64,000 nt of DNA from Candidatus Lightella neohaematopini (GCA_025728535.1 JAOBJO010000002.1:31635-95634), one strand, 5' to 3'. Shown: positions 49,535 through 60,811, counted from the first letter of the stretch. The notes: generated by a model from the letters alone, not told the origin. Translations and numbers: made by a program.

Positions 49535-50611
49535 ATGACTTATAAACCATTAGTATTAAAATGGCGTCCTAAATGTTTTAATGATTTAGTTGGCCAAGAT
49601 CACATAGTTAGTGCTTTTACTAACGCATTTAATTTAAATAGAATACATCATGCTTATATTTTTTCTGGTTCTTATGGTATAGGGAAAACCACAATAGCTA
49701 GATTATTAGCTAAAAGTTTAAATTGTATTAATAATAGTATAAATGTTTGTAATACATGTGATGCATGTTTAGAAATACAAAATAATTGTTTTGTTGATCT
49801 AATAGAATTTGATGCTGCATCATCTTCTGGTATAGATAATATTAAAGAACTAATAGAAAATGCTCAATACTTTCCAGTTAAAGGAAAATTTAAAATTTAT
49901 CTAATTGATGAAGTGCATATGTTATCTCGTAGTAGTTTTAATGCCTTATTAAAAATAATAGAAGAGCCTCCATTACATATTAAGTTTTTACTAGCTACTA
50001 CTGAATATAATAAAATACCAAAAGTAATTACTTCTCGTTGTTTACATTTTAATTTAGTAAAAATAGATATTGATAAAATTATTTTATATTTAAAAGCTAT
50101 TTTAGCTAAAGAACAAATATTTTTTGATGAGCAAGCAATAATTTATATTGCAAATACTGCTAATGGTAGTTTACGTGATGCATTAAATTTGACTGATCAG
50201 GCGATAATTTTTGGTAAAGGGAAAATAGTTTTAAATGTAGTAGTTACTATGCTTGGTATAATAGATAATAATCAATTAATTTTAATTATTGAATTAATAA
50301 TATCAAATAATGTTAATCAATTAATAGATGTTATTGATAGTATATCTAAAAATAATATTAATTGGGAACAATTTCTAATTGATATTTTACTATTATTACA
50401 TAATATTCTATTAATTAAAATTATACCAAATTATAATTTTAATTATAACAAAAATATATTATTTCGTTTAAGTAATATTTCAAAGTCATTATCGACTAGT
50501 ATTATAAAAGATTATATTAATTTAATATTAAATGGTTACAAAGAATTATTAATAGTAAATAATAAAAAACTAGTAGTGGAAATAATATTATTAAAGCTAA
50601 TTAATTATTGA
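49535..50611 (+). CDS. dnaX: DNA polymerase III clamp-loader subunit DnaX, short form (domains I-III only, 358 aa)
   Basis: LVLKWRPKCFNDLVGQDH..HAYIFSGSYGIGKTT (Walker A), zinc module CNTCDACLEIQNN, YLIDEVHMLS (Walker B) and TSRCLHF (SRC motif) are colinear with the N-terminal ~360 aa of E. coli DnaX. Confidence 0.92.
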   Translation: MTYKPLVLKWRPKCFNDLVGQDHIVSAFTNAFNLNRIHHAYIFSGSYGIGKTTIARLLAKSLNCINNSINVCNTCDACLEIQNNCFVDLIEFDAASSSGIDNIKELIENAQYFPVKGKFKIYLIDEVHMLSRSSFNALLKIIEEPPLHIKFLLATTEYNKIPKVITSRCLHFNLVKIDIDKIILYLKAILAKEQIFFDEQAIIYIANTANGSLRDALNLTDQAIIFGKGKIVLNVVVTMLGIIDNNQLILIIELIISNNVNQLIDVIDSISKNNINWEQFLIDILLLLHNILLIKIIPNYNFNYNKNILFRLSNISKSLSTSIIKDYINLILNGYKELLIVNNKKLVVEIILLKLINY

Positions 50612-50698
50612 TTTTTAAATTATAAAATTATACTATATAGTTTATCTGTATTAGAATTTAATATTTATTAATTATAATTATAGACTACTAATAATACA

Positions 50699-51298
50699 AT
50701 GAATAGTAATATAATAGATAATTTAGTAAAAACACTAAAAATCTTACCTGGTATTGGTCCAAAATCAGCACAAAGAATAACATTCTTCTTGTTAAGAAAC
50801 AAACAAATAGGAATAGATTTATATAAATCACTAAATGATGTAATGTTAAAGGTTAATCAATGTGTTATGTGTTTTAATTTTACTACAGAAAGTATTTGTA
50901 GTATTTGTTCTAATCAAGAAAGATTAAATTATGGACAAATTTGTATTGTTGAGAATCCTGCTGATGTGTTTGCTATAGAACAAACCGGTCAATTTTCTGG
51001 AGTATATTTTATATTATTTGGTTGCTTATCACCAATAGATGGTATTAAATCTAGTGATATTAATTTAGACATATTAGAGAATAGGTTAAAGAAAAATATC
51101 ATAAAAGAAGTTATTATTGCTACTAGTTCTACTGTAGAAGGTGAAATTACTAGTAATTATATTGCCGGAATATGTAAGAATCATAATATTATTGTTAGTC
51201 GTATTGCTTATGGTATACCAGTAGGTAGTGAAATAGAATCAATAGATTTTAATACTTTATCTCACTCTATAATTAGAAGATATGAAATTAATTATTAA
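50699..51298 (+). CDS. recR: Recombination protein RecR
   Basis: 199-aa ORF with helix-hairpin-helix LPGIGPKSAQRITFFLL, Cys4 zinc finger CVMCFNFTTESICSICSN, and a Toprim domain (ICIVENPADVFAIEQTG). Confidence 0.94.
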   Translation: MNSNIIDNLVKTLKILPGIGPKSAQRITFFLLRNKQIGIDLYKSLNDVMLKVNQCVMCFNFTTESICSICSNQERLNYGQICIVENPADVFAIEQTGQFSGVYFILFGCLSPIDGIKSSDINLDILENRLKKNIIKEVIIATSSTVEGEITSNYIAGICKNHNIIVSRIAYGIPVGSEIESIDFNTLSHSIIRRYEINY

Positions 51299-51332
51299 TA
51301 AAATAGATTATTTATAAACTTAGGTGATTCAT

Positions 51333-53189
51333 ATGAATAAAAAAGAAGTACGTGGTTTTCAATCGGAAACTAAGCAAATATTAAATATAATGATTAATTC
51401 TTTGTATTCAAATAAAGAGATTTTTTTGCGTGAATTAATATCCAATGCATCAGATGCAATAGATAAACTACGACTTCTTATATTATCTAAACCTGAATTG
51501 TATCAATATGATAGTGATTTTTGTATAATGATTTCCTTTAATAAAAATGATCATTCTATTACTATAGAAGATAATGGTATTGGTATGAGTTATGATGAAG
51601 TAATACACAACCTAGGAACAATTGCTAAATCTGGAACAAAAGAATTTATTAAATTAAAAGAGTTTGAAAATAAATTGAATAGTAATCTTATTGGTCACTT
51701 CGGTGTTGGGTTTTATTCATCATTTATTGTGGCTAGTAAAGTTATTGTACACACTAAATCATTTAATGATAGTAATGGTGTGTTATGGGAATCTGATGGT
51801 AAAGATAAGTATACTATTAATTACTTAGATAAATCTAGTCACGGTACTAAAGTTATACTATACCTAAAAAATAATGAGGAAGAATTTCTTGATTATTGGA
51901 AATTAAAAAATATTATAAATAAGTATTCTGATCATATTCAATTACCGATTAAATTACAAAGTAATAATAAAGATGGTAGTATTTGGAAACAAATTAATCA
52001 GGCTAAAGCTATATGGACTCGCAATAAATTAGACATTAAAGATGATGAATATATAGAATTTTATAAACATATTACTGGTGATCATAATGATCCATTATAT
52101 TGGCAACATAGTTTTATTGAAGGTAAACAAGAATATACTATGTTGTTATATATTCCTAGTAAGTTTATACATAGTCCTTGGCATAATGAGAAAAAAACTG
52201 GTTTAAAATTATACGTTAATCGTGTATTTATTATGGATAATGTTAATAGTTTTTTACCAAACTATTTACGTTTTGTAAGAGGAATTATAGACTCTAATGA
52301 TTTGCCACTTAATGTATCTCGTGAAATTTTACAAGAAAATAAAATAATTAATAAAATAAAAAGTAATATTACAAAAAAAATACTTAATATGTTAGAAAAA
52401 TTATCGCAGACTGATGAAAGTAAGTATAAAATTTTTTGGAGACAGTTTGGATTAATTTTTAAAGAAGGTTTAGCTGAAGATTTTAAAAATAAGAAGTTAC
52501 TATCTAATTTATTAAGATTTGCACATACAGATGGTAAAGATCAGTATGATTATATATCATTAAATGCATATATTAATTATATGAAAAAAGAACAAAATAA
52601 AATATATTATATTGTTGCTAGTAGTTACAATTCAGCTAAATATAGTCCACATATAGAGATCTTAAAGAAAAATAATGTTATAGTATTATTACTATTTGAT
52701 GCAGTTGATGAATGGATGATTAATTGTATTAATGATTTTAATGGTAAAAAGTTTCATTTATCTAGTAAAGAAGATGATTTGATAAATCAATATGCTAATG
52801 ATGAAAATAGAATACATCTAACAGATACGATTGAATCTTCAAATCACCTTCTTTATCGAATAAAGAATTATTTAGGTGATAAAATAGTTGATGTTAAATT
52901 TACAAAAAAATTAGTTACATCCCCAGTAGCATTAATAAATGAAGATAATAGTATGACTACTCAAATGGCTAAATTATTAAAGAATAGTGGTCAGTCAGTA
53001 CCAAAAATAAAATATATTTTATTAGTTAATTACAAACATAAAATAATTAATAAAATATCTTATATAAAGGAAGACAGTAAATTTAATCAATGGATCGAGT
53101 TGTTATTTAATCAAGCATTATTAATGGAAAGTAACTATTTAGATAATCCCGGAATATTTATTAAGATTATTAATCAATTATTAATTTAA
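51333..53189 (+). CDS. htpG: Chaperone HtpG (Hsp90)
   Basis: MNKKEVRGFQSETKQILNIMINSLYSNKEIFLRELISNASDAIDKLR matches the E. coli HtpG N-terminus. I use the ATG at 51333, 6 nt after AGGTGA; the ORF-track start at 51324 is a GTG. Confidence 0.95.
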   Translation: MNKKEVRGFQSETKQILNIMINSLYSNKEIFLRELISNASDAIDKLRLLILSKPELYQYDSDFCIMISFNKNDHSITIEDNGIGMSYDEVIHNLGTIAKSGTKEFIKLKEFENKLNSNLIGHFGVGFYSSFIVASKVIVHTKSFNDSNGVLWESDGKDKYTINYLDKSSHGTKVILYLKNNEEEFLDYWKLKNIINKYSDHIQLPIKLQSNNKDGSIWKQINQAKAIWTRNKLDIKDDEYIEFYKHITGDHNDPLYWQHSFIEGKQEYTMLLYIPSKFIHSPWHNEKKTGLKLYVNRVFIMDNVNSFLPNYLRFVRGIIDSNDLPLNVSREILQENKIINKIKSNITKKILNMLEKLSQTDESKYKIFWRQFGLIFKEGLAEDFKNKKLLSNLLRFAHTDGKDQYDYISLNAYINYMKKEQNKIYYIVASSYNSAKYSPHIEILKKNNVIVLLLFDAVDEWMINCINDFNGKKFHLSSKEDDLINQYANDENRIHLTDTIESSNHLLYRIKNYLGDKIVDVKFTKKLVTSPVALINEDNSMTTQMAKLLKNSGQSVPKIKYILLVNYKHKIINKISYIKEDSKFNQWIELLFNQALLMESNYLDNPGIFIKIINQLLI

Positions 53190-53201
53190 TAATTTAATAT
53201 T

Positions 53202-53858
53202 ATGAATATTTATAAAAATATTCGTGTTATTTTTATTGGTGCTCCAGGAACTGGTAAGGGTACTCAATCTGAGTTACTTACTAAAAAGTATAGAGTACCT
53301 AAAATTTCTGTTGGTGAGTTATTACGTAAATTAGTTAATAATAATATTTCTAATGATATTAATTCAGGTGAATTAATATCAGATAGCATAGTATGCAATA
53401 TAGTTAAAATACGTATTTATAAAAGAGATTGTAATAATGGATTTATATTAGATGGATTTCCTAGAAATATTAATCAGGCTCAATATTTAACTATCAATAA
53501 TATTAAAATTAATTTTGTTTTTAATATTAAATTATCTTATAAAATTATTATAAAACGTTTGTTGGGTAGAAGAATTCATAATTTATCAGGTAGAATATAT
53601 CATATAAAATATAACCCCCCATTAGTTAGCGACTTGGATAATATTACTGGAGAAAAACTATCATCTAGAAAAGATGATAATGTTGATATTATTAAACATA
53701 GGTTAAAAGTTCACGAAAAACAAATTGGTGATATAGTTAACTACTACAAACAAGAAGTTAAATTGGGTAACATTCTTCTTTATAGAGAAATAGATGGGTC
53801 TAAGCCAATTAATTTAGTTCATGCAGAAATAATAAATAGTATTAATCATTTTTCTTAA
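53202..53858 (+). CDS. adk: Adenylate kinase
   Basis: 218-aa ORF with P-loop [20 protein letters not shown], and a LID region RRIH..SGRIYH..NPP. Confidence 0.95.
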   Translation: MNIYKNIRVIFIGAPGTGKGTQSELLTKKYRVPKISVGELLRKLVNNNISNDINSGELISDSIVCNIVKIRIYKRDCNNGFILDGFPRNINQAQYLTINNIKINFVFNIKLSYKIIIKRLLGRRIHNLSGRIYHIKYNPPLVSDLDNITGEKLSSRKDDNVDIIKHRLKVHEKQIGDIVNYYKQEVKLGNILLYREIDGSKPINLVHAEIINSINHFS

Positions 53859-54750
53859 CTTTATTTAAATTTATTAGTTCAATAACTCCATTAATTGCAC
53901 CAATAAGACTTGTTGTATCCAATGGCATCATAATAACTTTACTATTTTTAGCTATACCTATATTGCTCAGTGCATCAGTATATTTTTGTGCTATAAAATA
54001 ATTTATTGCTTGTATGTTACCAGAAGATATAGCTTCAGAGACAATATGTGTAGCATGTGCTTCAGCTTCAGCGGATCTTTCTCTAGCCTCAGCTTTAAGA
54101 ATTTGTGATTGTTTTTCTCCTTCAGCTTTAAGAATTTGTGATTGTTTTTCTCCTTCAGCTTTAAGAATTTGTGATTGTCTTACACCTTCAGCTTCTAATA
54201 TTTCCGCTCTTTTAGTACGTTCTGCTTTCATTTGAGCATTCATAGCATTTATCATTTCTATTGGTGGTTTTATATCTCTAATTTCTACTCTCGTAATTTT
54301 TACACCCCAATTGCTAGTAGCATCATTAATAATTTTTAGTAATTGTACATTTATATTGTCTCTTTGTGAAAGCATTTCATCTAATTCCATTGCCCCTAAA
54401 ACTGTACGAATATTAGTCATAGTTAAATTTAATATTGCTTGAGTTAAATTACTTACTCTATAAGCAGCCTGTTCTGCGTTAATTACTTGAATAAAACAAA
54501 CAGCATCTATTTTTACATTAGCATTATCTTTAGATATTATTTCTTGTGAAGGAATATCTAATACTTGTTCCATCATATTTATCTTATGACCAATTCTATC
54601 TACAAATGGTATTATTAATTCTAATCCAGGTTTTAGTATTCTAGTAAAACGACCAAATCTTTCTGTTGTCCAATGATAACCTTGAGGAATAATTTTTATG
54701 CCGTTAATAACTATTAATAATAATGTAACAAATATTAATAATAATATCAT
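53842..54750 (-). CDS. qmcA: SPFH/band-7 (stomatin-like) membrane protein QmcA (YbbK)
   Basis: [95 protein letters not shown] is near-identical in pattern to E. coli QmcA. The 3' end overlaps adk by 17 nt (convergent). Confidence 0.92.
   Translation of the reverse strand: MILLLIFVTLLLIVINGIKIIPQGYHWTTERFGRFTRILKPGLELIIPFVDRIGHKINMMEQVLDIPSQEIISKDNANVKIDAVCFIQVINAEQAAYRVSNLTQAILNLTMTNIRTVLGAMELDEMLSQRDNINVQLLKIINDATSNWGVKITRVEIRDIKPPIEMINAMNAQMKAERTKRAEILEAEGVRQSQILKAEGEKQSQILKAEGEKQSQILKAEARERSAEAEAHATHIVSEAISSGNIQAINYFIAQKYTDALSNIGIAKNSKVIMMPLDTTSLIGAINGVIELINLNKVKKND
54089..54187. repeat. 33-bp tandem repeat x3 inside qmcA (2 perfect copies plus 1 copy with 3 mismatches)
   Basis: The unit TCAGCTTTAAGAATTTGTGATTGTTTTTCTCCT occurs at 54089-54121 and 54122-54154 (identical) and at 54155-54187 (3 substitutions near the end). 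It is in frame on the minus strand and encodes the repeated 11-aa motif [11 protein letters not shown]. Confidence 0.9.
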
Positions 54751-54814
54751 GATACCTCTTCAATAAAATTAATATATTACAAATCTATTTCCTATTAGGA
54801 TTATATAATATATT

Positions 54815-56107
54815 TTATATATAAGTCAATCCATTCATATATGGTTTTAATACGTTTGGTATTTTAATTTTACCATTAGATTGTTGATAATTTTCCATAA
54901 TAGCTACTAATGTTCTACCAACAGCTAAACCAGAACCATTAATAATATGTACTAATTCTAATTTACTATTTTTTGAATTTCTGTAACGAATTTTCATTCT
55001 TCTAGATTGAAAATCACTTGTATTTGAACAAGAAGATATTTCTTTATATGTTTTACTAACTGGTAGCCATACTTCTAAATCATAAGTTTTACATGAAGTA
55101 AATCCTGTATCACCTGTACATAATAAAACTTTTCTATACGGTAGATCTAATAATCTTAATATTTTCTCAGCATGATTTGTTAATTCTTCCAAAGCTTGAA
55201 ATGAATTTTCTGGTTTTACGAATTGTATCATCTCTACTTTATCAAATTGATGCATACGAATTAACCCCTTAGTATCTTGTCCATAAGCACCTGCTTCTGA
55301 TCTAAAACAAGGAGTGCAAGCAACCATTTTTATTGGTAATTCATTTTCTTCAATAATTTTATTACGCATAATATTTATTAATGGTACCTCAGCTGTTGGT
55401 ATTAAAGCGTAAGATTTATCATGACTAATAGTTTTATTAGTAAAATGAGTATAAAATAAGTCATTACTAAATTTTGGTAGCTGGCCAGCACCATATAATG
55501 ATTCAAAGTTTACTAAATATGGCACATAATATTCTATATAGTTATGTAATGTTGTGTGTGTTTCCAACATAAACTGAGATAATATTCTATATAGACGGGC
55601 AATATTATGTTTCATTACTGCAAATCTAGAACCAGTTATTTTAGTAGCTAATGATAAATCTAAATTACCATTATTTTTACCTAAATCGACATGATTTTTT
55701 AGTAATGTGTTACAATTATTTTTATTTCCCCACTTTAGTATTTCTTTATTAAAATTTTTATTATTTCCAATAGGAACATCATCGTTAGTAATATTCGGTA
55801 TTAATAATTCGTAATTACGAATAGAATTTTTTATTAAATCTAATTCTATTTTAGTATCTTTTAATTTTTTACGAATTTTGACAACTTCTTGACACAGAAA
55901 TGTAATATCTTCTCCATTAGATTTCATAATACTAATTCTTCTTGATTTAGAATTTCTTTCTGCTTGTAATTTTTCTACTTTTAACTGTAAAAATTTTCTA
56001 TATTTTTCTTGTTTCTTAAATGTTTTAATATCTAACTTAAATTGTCTATAATTTAATTTTTTAGCAGTTAAATATATTTTTTCCTTTAATAGTTTTTTAT
56101 CTAACAT
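54815..56107 (-). CDS. serS: Serine--tRNA ligase
   Basis: MLDKKLLKE...FKLD..LQAERNS matches E. coli SerRS MLDPNLLRN..FKLD..LQAERNS, as do PCFRSEAGAYGQDTKGLIRMHQFDKVEM and NGSGLAVGRTLVAIMENYQQ. I use the ATG at 56107; the ORF-track start at 56143 adds 12 residues. Confidence 0.94.
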   Translation of the reverse strand: MLDKKLLKEKIYLTAKKLNYRQFKLDIKTFKKQEKYRKFLQLKVEKLQAERNSKSRRISIMKSNGEDITFLCQEVVKIRKKLKDTKIELDLIKNSIRNYELLIPNITNDDVPIGNNKNFNKEILKWGNKNNCNTLLKNHVDLGKNNGNLDLSLATKITGSRFAVMKHNIARLYRILSQFMLETHTTLHNYIEYYVPYLVNFESLYGAGQLPKFSNDLFYTHFTNKTISHDKSYALIPTAEVPLINIMRNKIIEENELPIKMVACTPCFRSEAGAYGQDTKGLIRMHQFDKVEMIQFVKPENSFQALEELTNHAEKILRLLDLPYRKVLLCTGDTGFTSCKTYDLEVWLPVSKTYKEISSCSNTSDFQSRRMKIRYRNSKNSKLELVHIINGSGLAVGRTLVAIMENYQQSNGKIKIPNVLKPYMNGLTYI

Positions 56108-56334
56108 AATTATATTTACTTTTAAAAAAACAAATAATATCATAAATTAATGATTTGTAATTATCAAAATATCATTAGTACAATTATATGATAATAGTTA
56201 ACTTAATTAAAAATTATTTAGTTATAAATAAAATTTTATCTGAATTAATGTAATATATTAATTAATTATATTATCTTAAGTAAGAATAAATTCTATTAAT
56301 TTAAAATAAAATTCTTCTTTATAAGAAATAAAAA

Positions 56335-57240
56335 ATGAGAAAAATGAAAATTTTTGGTAATATAGTAGCGTTAATTACTCCAATGGATGAATCTGGTAAA
56401 ATAGATAAGTATAGTTTAAAAAATTTAATTGATTATCATTGTAGTAATAAAACTAACGCATTATTAATTACTGGTACCACTGGTGAATTTTTTACTCTTG
56501 ATTATGAAGAACGTAAACAATTATTATTGTGGACTTTAAAATTTAATAAAAATAGATTACCTATCATAGTTGGTATTGGATCTAGTTCTACATATAAAGC
56601 AATAAAAATTATGAAACAATTTCAGCAATATGATATATCATGTTATTTAAGTATTACGCCATATTATATATGTCCAGACCAATATGGCGTTTATCAACAT
56701 TTTAAAACCATCTCTAAACATATTAATATACCTCAATTAATATATAATAATCCTAAGAGGTCTGGTTGTGATATTTTACCAAAAACAATAATTAAACTAT
56801 CTAAAATAAATAATATTATTGGTATCAAAGAAACTACATATGATGTAAATCGGATTAAATTTATTAGTGATACAACTAATAATTTTTCTATATTAAATGG
56901 TAATGATGATAACATATTTACTTTTATGATATCTGGTGGTAATGGAGTTATATCGATATTATCAAATATTGCTTCTAATGAAGTATCTCTGTTAATTAAA
57001 TTAATACTTAATAAAGAATATCAAAAAGCAAAAATTATTTTTAGTAATTTGTTACCATTATGTAAAATTCTGACATCAATAGCACCTAACCCAGTACCAA
57101 TAAAATGGATCTGTAAAAAAATTGGACTAATATCATCAGATACTACTAGATTACCACTAACTAGGTTAACTAATAATAAAAAAAATATCTTATATAATAC
57201 AGTTTTGGAAACTAAATTAGATATACTGAATAATAATTAA
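56335..57240 (+). CDS. dapA: 4-hydroxy-tetrahydrodipicolinate synthase
   Basis: GNIVALITPMDESGKID..TGTTGEF..ITPYY..NIIGIKETT (Schiff-base Lys)..NPVPIKW matches E. coli DapA. An alternative start is the ATG at 56344 (MKIFGN). Confidence 0.93.
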   Translation: MRKMKIFGNIVALITPMDESGKIDKYSLKNLIDYHCSNKTNALLITGTTGEFFTLDYEERKQLLLWTLKFNKNRLPIIVGIGSSSTYKAIKIMKQFQQYDISCYLSITPYYICPDQYGVYQHFKTISKHINIPQLIYNNPKRSGCDILPKTIIKLSKINNIIGIKETTYDVNRIKFISDTTNNFSILNGNDDNIFTFMISGGNGVISILSNIASNEVSLLIKLILNKEYQKAKIIFSNLLPLCKILTSIAPNPVPIKWICKKIGLISSDTTRLPLTRLTNNKKNILYNTVLETKLDILNNN

Positions 57241-57259
57241 ATTTCATAACATAAAAGAA

Positions 57260-57333
<74 letters not shown>

Positions 57334-57430
57334 ATAAAACATACTAGTATAATAAATATCTAACTAAATAATCTAAAATAGAAGAGTAATATTAATACTT
57401 AATTAATAAATGTCAAGTATTATTATTTAA

Positions 57431-58264
57431 CTAATTTCTTAAGATATCATTTAATTTTACTTTTTTTTTAGTTTTATTATTTACTTCCTTTATTATAATA
57501 GCGCAGTAAACATTATATTTTCCATCTTTTGATGGTAAACTACCAGGAACAACTACAGATCTTGCTGGTATTCTACCATAACTAATCATATTAGTACTCT
57601 TATTATATATTTTTGTACTCTTACCTATAAATACTCCCATAGAGATTACTGAAGATTCCTCTACTATTACTCCTTCGACAATTTCTGAACGAGCTCCTAT
57701 AAAACAATTATCTTCTATAATAGTTGGGTGATTGTTAATTGGTTCTAATACTCCTCCTATACCAACTCCACCCGATATATGAACATTTTTACCTATTTGT
57801 GCGCAAGAACCAATAGTAGCCCAAGTATCTATCATAGTTCCTTCATCTATAAAAGCACCTATATTTATGTATGATGGCATAATAATTGTATTTTTAGCAA
57901 TATATGATCCATATCTAACATTAGCTAAAGGAACCACCCGAATATTTAAATTAGAAAACTTACTACAATCCCAATTATTAAACTTCAAAGGTATTTTATC
58001 AAAAAATTTTAGTTTATCTAGATTACTTATATTATTTTTATTTATATAAAAATATAATAGTAATGCTTTTTTTATCCAATCAAAAGTAATCCATTTTTTA
58101 TTATTTAATTTTTTTGATACACGTAATGTTCCTGAATCTAGTAATGATATTACCTTTTTTATTAAATTTTTATCCTTAACACTAAAATTAATAAATTTAT
58201 TTTTTTTATAGTTACAAAAAATACTATTAATTTTATTTTCTAAATATTTTATTGAATTATTCAT
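57431..58264 (-). CDS. dapD: Tetrahydrodipicolinate N-succinyltransferase
   Basis: [57 protein letters not shown]....[24 protein letters not shown] is near-identical in pattern to E. coli DapD. I use the ATG at 58264, which removes the apparent overlap with map; the ORF-track start at 58336 adds 24 residues. Confidence 0.93.
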   Translation of the reverse strand: MNNSIKYLENKINSIFCNYKKNKFINFSVKDKNLIKKVISLLDSGTLRVSKKLNNKKWITFDWIKKALLLYFYINKNNISNLDKLKFFDKIPLKFNNWDCSKFSNLNIRVVPLANVRYGSYIAKNTIIMPSYINIGAFIDEGTMIDTWATIGSCAQIGKNVHISGGVGIGGVLEPINNHPTIIEDNCFIGARSEIVEGVIVEESSVISMGVFIGKSTKIYNKSTNMISYGRIPARSVVVPGSLPSKDGKYNVYCAIIIKEVNNKTKKKVKLNDILRN

Positions 58265-58301
58265 TTGTATAATATAATAACAAATATATTTTTTACTAAT
58301 A

Positions 58302-59099
58302 TTAATAATGACTAATAATTTTTGGAATATTATCATCTGATCTTAATGTAAGTACTTCACATCCGTTACTAGTTACTAGTAATGTATGTTCGTACTGAGC
58401 AGAAAGACTATTATCTTTAGTTTTTACTGTCCAACCATCACTAGTAATATATACATTATGACCACCGATATTTACCATAGGTTCTATTGTAAAAATCATA
58501 CCTGGTTGTAATATACTACTATTATCTTCATTATCATAATGAAGAATTTGTGGTGGTTCATGAAAATTTCTTCCTATACCATGACCACAATAATCTCTAA
58601 CTACAGAAAAATTATTAGATTCTACAAACTTTTGTATTACTTTACCTAGTTCATTTAATTTTAAACCTGGTTTAATCATTTTTATAGCTAAATATAAACT
58701 TTGTTTGGCAACATAGCATAATTTTTTTGATATTTTACTAGTTCTACCTACAATAAACATTTTTGATGTATCACTATAAAAACCATCTTTAATAATAGCT
58801 ACATCTATATTTAAAATATCACCATTTTTTAGTTTTTCTTTATCATTAGGAATTCCATGACATACAACTTCATTAATAGAGACACAAATAGATTTCGGAA
58901 ATCCGTAGTAGTTTAATGTAGCACAAACAGCTTTTTGTTTATGTACTATGTAATCATGACATAAATTATTTAACTGATTTGTACTTATTCCTGGACGAAT
59001 ATGATTTGAAATCATTTCTAATACTTTTGCAGCTATCTTCCCAGCTATACGCATTTTTTTAATTTCATATTTACTTTTAATATAGTTAAAGTTACTCAT
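58302..59099 (-). CDS. map: Methionine aminopeptidase
   Basis: 265-aa ORF with [23 protein letters not shown] and the metal-ligand context FTIEP..EHT. It is divergent from rpsB as in E. coli. Confidence 0.94.
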   Translation of the reverse strand: MSNFNYIKSKYEIKKMRIAGKIAAKVLEMISNHIRPGISTNQLNNLCHDYIVHKQKAVCATLNYYGFPKSICVSINEVVCHGIPNDKEKLKNGDILNIDVAIIKDGFYSDTSKMFIVGRTSKISKKLCYVAKQSLYLAIKMIKPGLKLNELGKVIQKFVESNNFSVVRDYCGHGIGRNFHEPPQILHYDNEDNSSILQPGMIFTIEPMVNIGGHNVYITSDGWTVKTKDNSLSAQYEHTLLVTSNGCEVLTLRSDDNIPKIISHY

Positions 59100-59245
59100 A
59101 TTAATCTTTACTTAGACCTTACTAAATATAATTACATTGATTGGTATTGTATATAAATTTAACTTAAAGTAAAATGATTATAATATTAATCTATAGCATG
59201 GATAAGATTAAAACTTAATTTAATGATAAAATAAAGAGAATAAAT

Positions 59246-59923
59246 ATGATAAATATTTCTTTAAGTGATTTAATGAAAGCTAATGTTCATTTTGGTCATA
59301 AAACTAGATTTTGGAATCCAAAAATGAAACCATTTATATTTACTGTATATAGTGGTATCCATATTATTAATTTAGAAAAAACTGTAATGTTATTTAAAGT
59401 AGCTTTACTAAAATTAAGTGATATTCATAAAAATAATGGAAAAATATTATTTGTTGGTACTAAAAAAGCAGCTAGCTCTCTAATTAAAGAAACTGCTATT
59501 AATTGTAAACAATTTTTTGTACATAAAAGATGGTTAGGTGGTATGTTAACCAATTGGAAAACTGTAAGACAGTCTATTAAATCATTAAAAGATTTAGAAT
59601 CTCAGTTTAATGATGGAACTATCAATAAACTTACTAAAAAAGAAGTTTTGTATAAATCTAGAAAATTAAGTAAATTAGAACATAGTCTGGGTGGAATTAA
59701 AAATATGGGGGGATTACCAGATGCTTTATTTATTATAGATGTTGAACGCGAACGAACAGCTGTTAGAGAAGCTAATAATATTGGTATTCCAGTATTTGGA
59801 ATTGTTGACACAAATGCTAATCCAGATGGTATTAATTTTGTTATTCCAGGAAATGATGATGCTATAAAATCTATTAAACTGTATTTAAAATTAATATCGG
59901 ATACTTTAAATAATTTAAATTAA
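59246..59923 (+). CDS. rpsB: 30S ribosomal protein S2
   Basis: [79 protein letters not shown] matches S2. Confidence 0.96.
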   Translation: MINISLSDLMKANVHFGHKTRFWNPKMKPFIFTVYSGIHIINLEKTVMLFKVALLKLSDIHKNNGKILFVGTKKAASSLIKETAINCKQFFVHKRWLGGMLTNWKTVRQSIKSLKDLESQFNDGTINKLTKKEVLYKSRKLSKLEHSLGGIKNMGGLPDALFIIDVERERTAVREANNIGIPVFGIVDTNANPDGINFVIPGNDDAIKSIKLYLKLISDTLNNLN

Positions 59924-59948
59924 ATTGTAATTTTATTTTGGGGTATAT

Positions 59949-60761
59949 ATGTTATTTGTAGATGTTAATTTAATTAAAAAATTACGTAATATTACTGGTG
60001 CTGGTATTTCTATATGTAAAGAAGCTTTAATTAAATCAAATGGTAATATAGAACAAGCTATAGACATAATTCGATTATTAGGAAAATCAATACTAGCTAA
60101 AAAATCTATAAATGATACTAAGTTTGGTGCAATTTTTATTCAGGTTGATAAAACTAAAAAAATTGGTGTAATGTTAGAATTATGTAGCGAAACAGATTTT
60201 GTTAGTAATAATATAAATTTTATAAAATTAGGTAATAAAATTACTGATATAATGTTAGATAATAATACTGATGATATAAATTTAATTAATGAAAAGTCAA
60301 AAAATTATATTAATTCATTAGCAATACAAGTTAATGAAAATATTCTCATTCAAAGAACTAGTATAGTTTATGGTGATATCGTTTCTTATTATTTACATAA
60401 TAATAAGAAAATTGGAGTATTATTATCAATAAAAACTAACAATTTTAGTAACATCAAACTACCAAAAATATTAGCTATGCATATAGCTGCCTATAATCCA
60501 AAGTATATTAGTGATAACGATATTCCAGATAATGTATTAGATAAGGAATATAAAATTCAGTATGATATCGCTAAACAGTGTGATAAATCTAATGATATAA
60601 TAAAAAAAATAGTAGATGGTAGAATATTACAATTTAAAAAAAATATATCTTTATTAGATCAAATTATAATAACTAATAATGGTAAAATTATAAAAGATTT
60701 AATTAATGAAAATAGTTATATAATTAATAAATTTGTTAGATTTGAAATTGTTAACAATTAA
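59949..60761 (+). CDS. tsf: Elongation factor Ts
   Basis: 270-aa ORF with LIKKLRNITGAGISICKEAL (UBA-like N-domain), ELCSETDFVSNN and MHIAAYNPKYI. It follows rpsB. Confidence 0.93.
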   Translation: MLFVDVNLIKKLRNITGAGISICKEALIKSNGNIEQAIDIIRLLGKSILAKKSINDTKFGAIFIQVDKTKKIGVMLELCSETDFVSNNINFIKLGNKITDIMLDNNTDDINLINEKSKNYINSLAIQVNENILIQRTSIVYGDIVSYYLHNNKKIGVLLSIKTNNFSNIKLPKILAMHIAAYNPKYISDNDIPDNVLDKEYKIQYDIAKQCDKSNDIIKKIVDGRILQFKKNISLLDQIIITNNGKIIKDLINENSYIINKFVRFEIVNN

Positions 60762-60811
60762 TTATTTGTACTGTATATTAAATATAATTTATACTTACCA
60801 AGAAGTTATTA

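Noticed and set aside
49535-50611. Programmed -1 frameshift site (A AAA AAG plus hairpin) in dnaX
   Set aside because: I saw no such heptamer by eye, and the ORF ends before the region where the E. coli site lies. The short product is explained by truncation, not recoding.
54014-54235. 73-aa plus-strand ORF with an internal repeat ([11 protein letters not shown] x3)
   Set aside because: It is the antisense reading of the qmcA 33-bp tandem repeat. The repeat explains its periodicity, and qmcA homology on the other strand is unambiguous.
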